Assembly (NCBI GenBank): GCA_045117095.1
Contig: JBGUMY010000294.1
Location: 1-45,172, forward strand
Direction: 5' to 3'
Length of the DNA stretch: 45,172 nt
Source: Bacteroidaceae bacterium
Lineage (GTDB): Bacteria; Bacteroidota; Bacteroidia; Bacteroidales; Bacteroidaceae
A program made the translations under genes and the position numbers. Below, piece by piece: positions 42,319 to 45,172 of the stretch (position 1 is the stretch's first letter; each line of letters begins with the position of its first letter). The notes under the pieces are model-generated. The model was not told the DNA's origin. It saw only the letters and a program-made list of their open reading frames with translations, and ran no database searches.

Positions 42319-42932
42319 ATAAAAAACAATCAAACTGGAAGCGAAACCCAAAGCACATCTATTATGTCAGTCTGCTTAACTCGAAGGATTGGCAAGGTGT
42401 CAACGGACTGAGGGCACGGACGCTGCGGGCGCACCCGCTCTGCCAACTCTGCGAGAAGCAAGGCTTGGTGGTGAGTGCCGTTGACGTGCATCACCTAAAA
42501 CCCGTCGAGGGTGTTGGCGGTCGATACCAGGAGGGCGACGTGCTGCCCGACTCGGTGAAGGAGGCCATGCGTGAGCGATGTTTCGACGAAAAGAATGTCA
42601 TTGCGCTTTGCATCCCGTGCCACATCAGGATTCATAAGGAAATGAACAGCCATCGCGGACAGATGCAAGACCTGCCGAACCTGCCGCATGAGGAGCAACC
42701 GAAACAGGAGCCGACGGCACTCAGCGACTTCTTCACTCGCATGACGGGCGAACAGTACCACGAGCGACCGAAACCGAAGAAGGGCATCCGACGCACACCG
42801 CTGGGATGGATGACCAAGGAGGAGTTTAAGCAGAAGTTGGAAGACAACCAAAAGAAATGGATAGACAATATTGAGCATGGATTTACAAACACTGAGGGAA
42901 CGTCAGGCGTGGACGCTGACACAAAAGATTGA
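42315..42932 (+). CDS. HNH endonuclease
   Basis: CQLCEKQG...VDVHHLKPVEG...NVIALCIPCHIRIHK. Confidence 0.8.
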   Translation: MNKKQSNWKRNPKHIYYVSLLNSKDWQGVNGLRARTLRAHPLCQLCEKQGLVVSAVDVHHLKPVEGVGGRYQEGDVLPDSVKEAMRERCFDEKNVIALCIPCHIRIHKEMNSHRGQMQDLPNLPHEEQPKQEPTALSDFFTRMTGEQYHERPKPKKGIRRTPLGWMTKEEFKQKLEDNQKKWIDNIEHGFTNTEGTSGVDADTKD

Positions 42933-43791
42933 CCACTCGCTCGGAGTGATAGACCAGTTCGCCAGCCACTTCGACGGGCAGGTGTACGTGTCATTCAGTG
43001 GTGGCAAGGATTCGGTGGCGATGCTGAGTCTCGTCGAAGTGATCATCCCGCGAGTCAAGTGCATGTTCGTGATGACCGGCTGCGAGTCGCCAAGCGTCTG
43101 CCGATTCATCCGGCAACTGAAAGCCGAGGGCAAGGACATCGACATCGTGCGGCCCCGCAAGACCTTGAAGCAAGTCTTTGCCGAGTATGGATTCCCGCTC
43201 GTCAGTAAGAAGGTGAGCCACCAGATACAATGTGTCCGACGCAACCCCTATTGCCAATCGAGCCGCGAACTGCTCCGACGCGACAACAAGTATTGCATCC
43301 CCGAAAGATGGATGTACCTACTCAACGAACCTTACGAGGTGAGTGCCCGCTGCTGCCAATGGCTGAAGCATCTGCCAGCCTACGACTACGGCAAGCAGAC
43401 AGGCCGGCACCCGTACATCGGACTGTTGGCACATGAGAGTTATCAGCGCACGCTCGGATATATCCAGCAAGGCGGTTGCAACTTCTTCGGTTCTGAAGGT
43501 AAGCAACACCCGCGCTCCCTGCCCCTGGCGATATGGACTGATGAAGACGTGTGGGCATACATCCGAGACCGAGGGCTGACACTGCCCGACATCTATGAGA
43601 AGGGCGCAAGGCGAACAGGTTGCATGGGTTGTGGCTTCGGTGCCCACATCAACAGCGACGGCATCGACACCCTCAAGCGACTCTGGCCAAAGTGGTACGA
43701 CCTCATTATGAGTTATGAGAACAACGGCATCCGATATGGTGATGCACTCAACAAGGCGATAGAAAGGGCAAATGTTAAAAGTACCAAATAA
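42871..43791 (+). CDS. PP-loop ATPase of the PAPS-reductase family with C-terminal Cys cluster
   Basis: YVSFSGGKDSVAM (SGGxDS PP-loop) and RRTGCMGCGFG near the C-terminus. The start may be 42871 or 42877. Confidence 0.7.
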   Translation: MSMDLQTLRERQAWTLTQKIDHSLGVIDQFASHFDGQVYVSFSGGKDSVAMLSLVEVIIPRVKCMFVMTGCESPSVCRFIRQLKAEGKDIDIVRPRKTLKQVFAEYGFPLVSKKVSHQIQCVRRNPYCQSSRELLRRDNKYCIPERWMYLLNEPYEVSARCCQWLKHLPAYDYGKQTGRHPYIGLLAHESYQRTLGYIQQGGCNFFGSEGKQHPRSLPLAIWTDEDVWAYIRDRGLTLPDIYEKGARRTGCMGCGFGAHINSDGIDTLKRLWPKWYDLIMSYENNGIRYGDALNKAIERANVKSTK

Positions 43792-43813
43792 TATACATTT
43801 ATTTTGTGTAATA

Positions 43814-43845
43814 TTTGGTACTTTCGAATATAATGCTTATCTTTG
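43814..43845 (+). promoter_or_regulatory. Host-type promoter (TTTG -33, 20-nt spacer, TATCTTTG -7)
   Basis: TTTG at 43814-43817 and TATCTTTG at 43838-43845 match the Bacteroides TTTG/TAnnTTTG consensus and spacing. Confidence 0.6.
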
Positions 43846-43911
43846 CACCGTGAATATCAAACATTATTAATTTAGACAACCGGCGACAACGGGTAACAGC
43901 GGCCAAAGATT

Positions 43912-44232
43912 ATGAAGTACATCGTTTTAATCTATCACGTAAACAAAGGTTTAGAAGGTATGGTTTCTTCTATGGATGAAAGTAGCAAGCCCATCCTGAA
44001 AGGAACGCTCAAGGAGTATTTGGAAAATGACATCCACTGGAGCAAGTACCCGTGGAACCTTGAAGAAGGTAAGGAAGGCACCAACTATGTAGAGTACACC
44101 AACGACATCTTCTCAGCATCTTATCAAATTTATGATGGCAAGTTTTCCGAGTGCTATTCACCTGCCAATGACGATTCACTTTGGTTTATCGGTGATCTGA
44201 TCTGTGGACGTAAGAAACTCACTAACGTATGA
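43912..44232 (+). CDS. Hypothetical acidic protein, first gene of the moron cassette
   Basis: 106 aa, visibly AT-richer than its neighbours. Its stop overlaps the next start (ATGA). Confidence 0.5.
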   Translation: MKYIVLIYHVNKGLEGMVSSMDESSKPILKGTLKEYLENDIHWSKYPWNLEEGKEGTNYVEYTNDIFSASYQIYDGKFSECYSPANDDSLWFIGDLICGRKKLTNV

Positions 44233-44438
44233 CCAAGGAAGAAGAGCGACAGCGGATAGGCCAGCGCATTGCCGACCTCCGCAAACAGAAGGGCATGACC
44301 CAGCAAGATCTCGCCAACCTGACAGGCAATCAGCGCAACCACATCAGTCGCATAGAATCTGGCAAGTATTCGGTAGGCTTTGACACATTGCAAGCGATAG
44401 CCGAAGCACTCGGAGGCACCATCGACATTATCATCTAA
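44229..44438 (+). CDS. XRE-family HTH protein
   Basis: IGQRIADLRKQKGMTQQDLANLTGNQRNHISRIESGK is a canonical HTH_3 pattern. Confidence 0.8.
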   Translation: MTKEEERQRIGQRIADLRKQKGMTQQDLANLTGNQRNHISRIESGKYSVGFDTLQAIAEALGGTIDIII

Positions 44439-44460
44439 CATTCAGACAACACTCTTAATC

Positions 44461-44496
44461 GAGAGACATTCCACGAAAGGAATGCCTCTCTTTTTT
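44461..44496 (+). terminator. Rho-independent terminator
   Basis: GAGAGACATTCC-ACGAAA-GGAATGCCTCTC followed by T6. Confidence 0.75.
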
Positions 44497-44504
44497 ATGT
44501 CATT

Positions 44505-45041
44505 ATGGAAACGATAACAGTATATAAACTATTCCGAAAGGAGGCCGACGGACTCCATCCGCTATTCATCGACCGCGACATGGTGCTGCCCATCGGTGAA
44601 TGGATCGAGGCGCGAGCACCCAACGACATCGCACTCCGGTATGTTGGCACAGGATTCGCACTCATCGACCTCACACGTCAGCGACCACTGCTGATGCAAG
44701 ACCGCCGACCGCGACGCAACCAGATAGTGAAGGCGACGCATGACCGATGCCGATGGGTAGAGGTGAGCAACGGCAAGACGTATGACATCGGCATTGGTTC
44801 CGATGGTCAGGTGCTCCGCTTCGCCCACCGTCCAGGCTGGCACTCGTCGGCCACGCCATCGCTGCCAGCGGTTGACATGACGGGCAAGGTGTGGGCTGAG
44901 TGCCTGATACCTGCCGACGACTACTACACCTTGCACCGCAACGTGAGCGGACTGAGCCGCACGCATGAACCCATCGACTGGTACATCTCACAGAAATTGT
45001 TAATTGTGAAGACCCTGCCACAGCCCACCACGCCAACGTAG
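44505..45041 (+). CDS. Hypothetical protein
   Basis: 178-aa ORF on the operon strand, upstream of where the small terminase would be expected. Confidence 0.45.
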   Translation: METITVYKLFRKEADGLHPLFIDRDMVLPIGEWIEARAPNDIALRYVGTGFALIDLTRQRPLLMQDRRPRRNQIVKATHDRCRWVEVSNGKTYDIGIGSDGQVLRFAHRPGWHSSATPSLPAVDMTGKVWAECLIPADDYYTLHRNVSGLSRTHEPIDWYISQKLLIVKTLPQPTTPT

Positions 45042-45172
45042 GCGCGAGGCATATCGAGGACAAAGGGATACATCAACAACTTTTGAAATGCGCTTAGAAG
45101 CCACGAAAAGGGCATCATTCGCCCGAAATCCGCATCAATGCTGACCTCGGGGCACCTCTTTTTATTTCAAGC

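Larger units (their letters stand above)
1..45172. mobile_element. Near-complete temperate tailed-phage (prophage-type) genome, Bacteroidota-host style
   Basis: Contiguous terminase, portal, HK97-type protease and capsid, tape measure, fibre, lysis, integrase, repressor and replication genes. Both window edges are still inside phage genes or phage intergenic DNA. Confidence 0.9.

Noticed and set aside
409-42351. Long antisense ORFs inside large genes (for example 409..927, 1851..2684, 5914..6414, 7631..8191, 22015..22599, 27482..28189, 38367..39254, 41593..42351)
   Set aside because: Each is fully embedded opposite a well-supported plus-strand gene. Their composition is His/Val/Leu/Arg-rich and repetitive, and they lack start contexts. 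They are shadow ORFs caused by codon bias.
1-45172. Canonical tRNA, rRNA, transposase/IS elements, and host flanking DNA
   Set aside because: No complete canonical cloverleaf with a 7-nt anticodon loop was found, and no rRNA-like segments or transposase motifs. Both edges continue phage genes or phage intergenic DNA, so no host junction is visible in this window.

Overview
The window is a near-complete genome of a temperate, long-tailed phage or prophage with an HK97-type capsid module. The host looks like a Bacteroidota species: TTTG/TAnnTTTG promoters, a Bacteroidales-style tyrosine integrase, and a lipoprotein with acidic residues just after the lipid Cys. Both window edges are still inside phage DNA, and terL is cut by the left edge.

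Plus-strand order:
- terL
- eight small genes sharing a conserved AAAGGAACT-ATG leader
- a lysis cassette
- an HU-like gene
- tape measure, tail and fibre genes
- a diversity-generating retroelement (DGR): a 1054-aa fibre-like target with a C-terminal VR, then TR, then RT
- head-tail connectors
- two glycosyltransferase-like genes
- portal, prohead protease and major capsid
- major tail protein and a G/GT -1 frameshift chaperone

A minus-strand lysogeny block follows: surface lipoprotein, membrane-anchored HIRAN protein, integrase and CI-like repressor. After it comes a plus-strand early/replication block: Xis-like, SSB-like, RecA-fold ATPase, CHC2/Toprim primase, HNH, PP-loop PAPS-reductase-like protein and an autonomous two-gene moron.

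Most unusual observations:
1. An 881-nt ORF-poor, hairpin-dense gap (35281-36161) bracketed by two tRNA-like modules. One is a complete cloverleaf that lacks an anticodon. This is a candidate large structured phage RNA of unassigned class.
2. Nine copies of a bipartite motif, GTAAAC-N18-CGAAT, with invariant spacing, in front of late transcription units and the DGR template.
3. Two distant loci, each with three 24-nt-spaced hairpin repeats, sitting in front of DNA-binding-protein genes.
4. A DGR with 21 adenine-only VR/TR differences, no recognisable avd gene, and an RT fused in frame to an extra module through an intergenic-type linker.

All protein calls rest on motif recognition by eye. No database search was possible.
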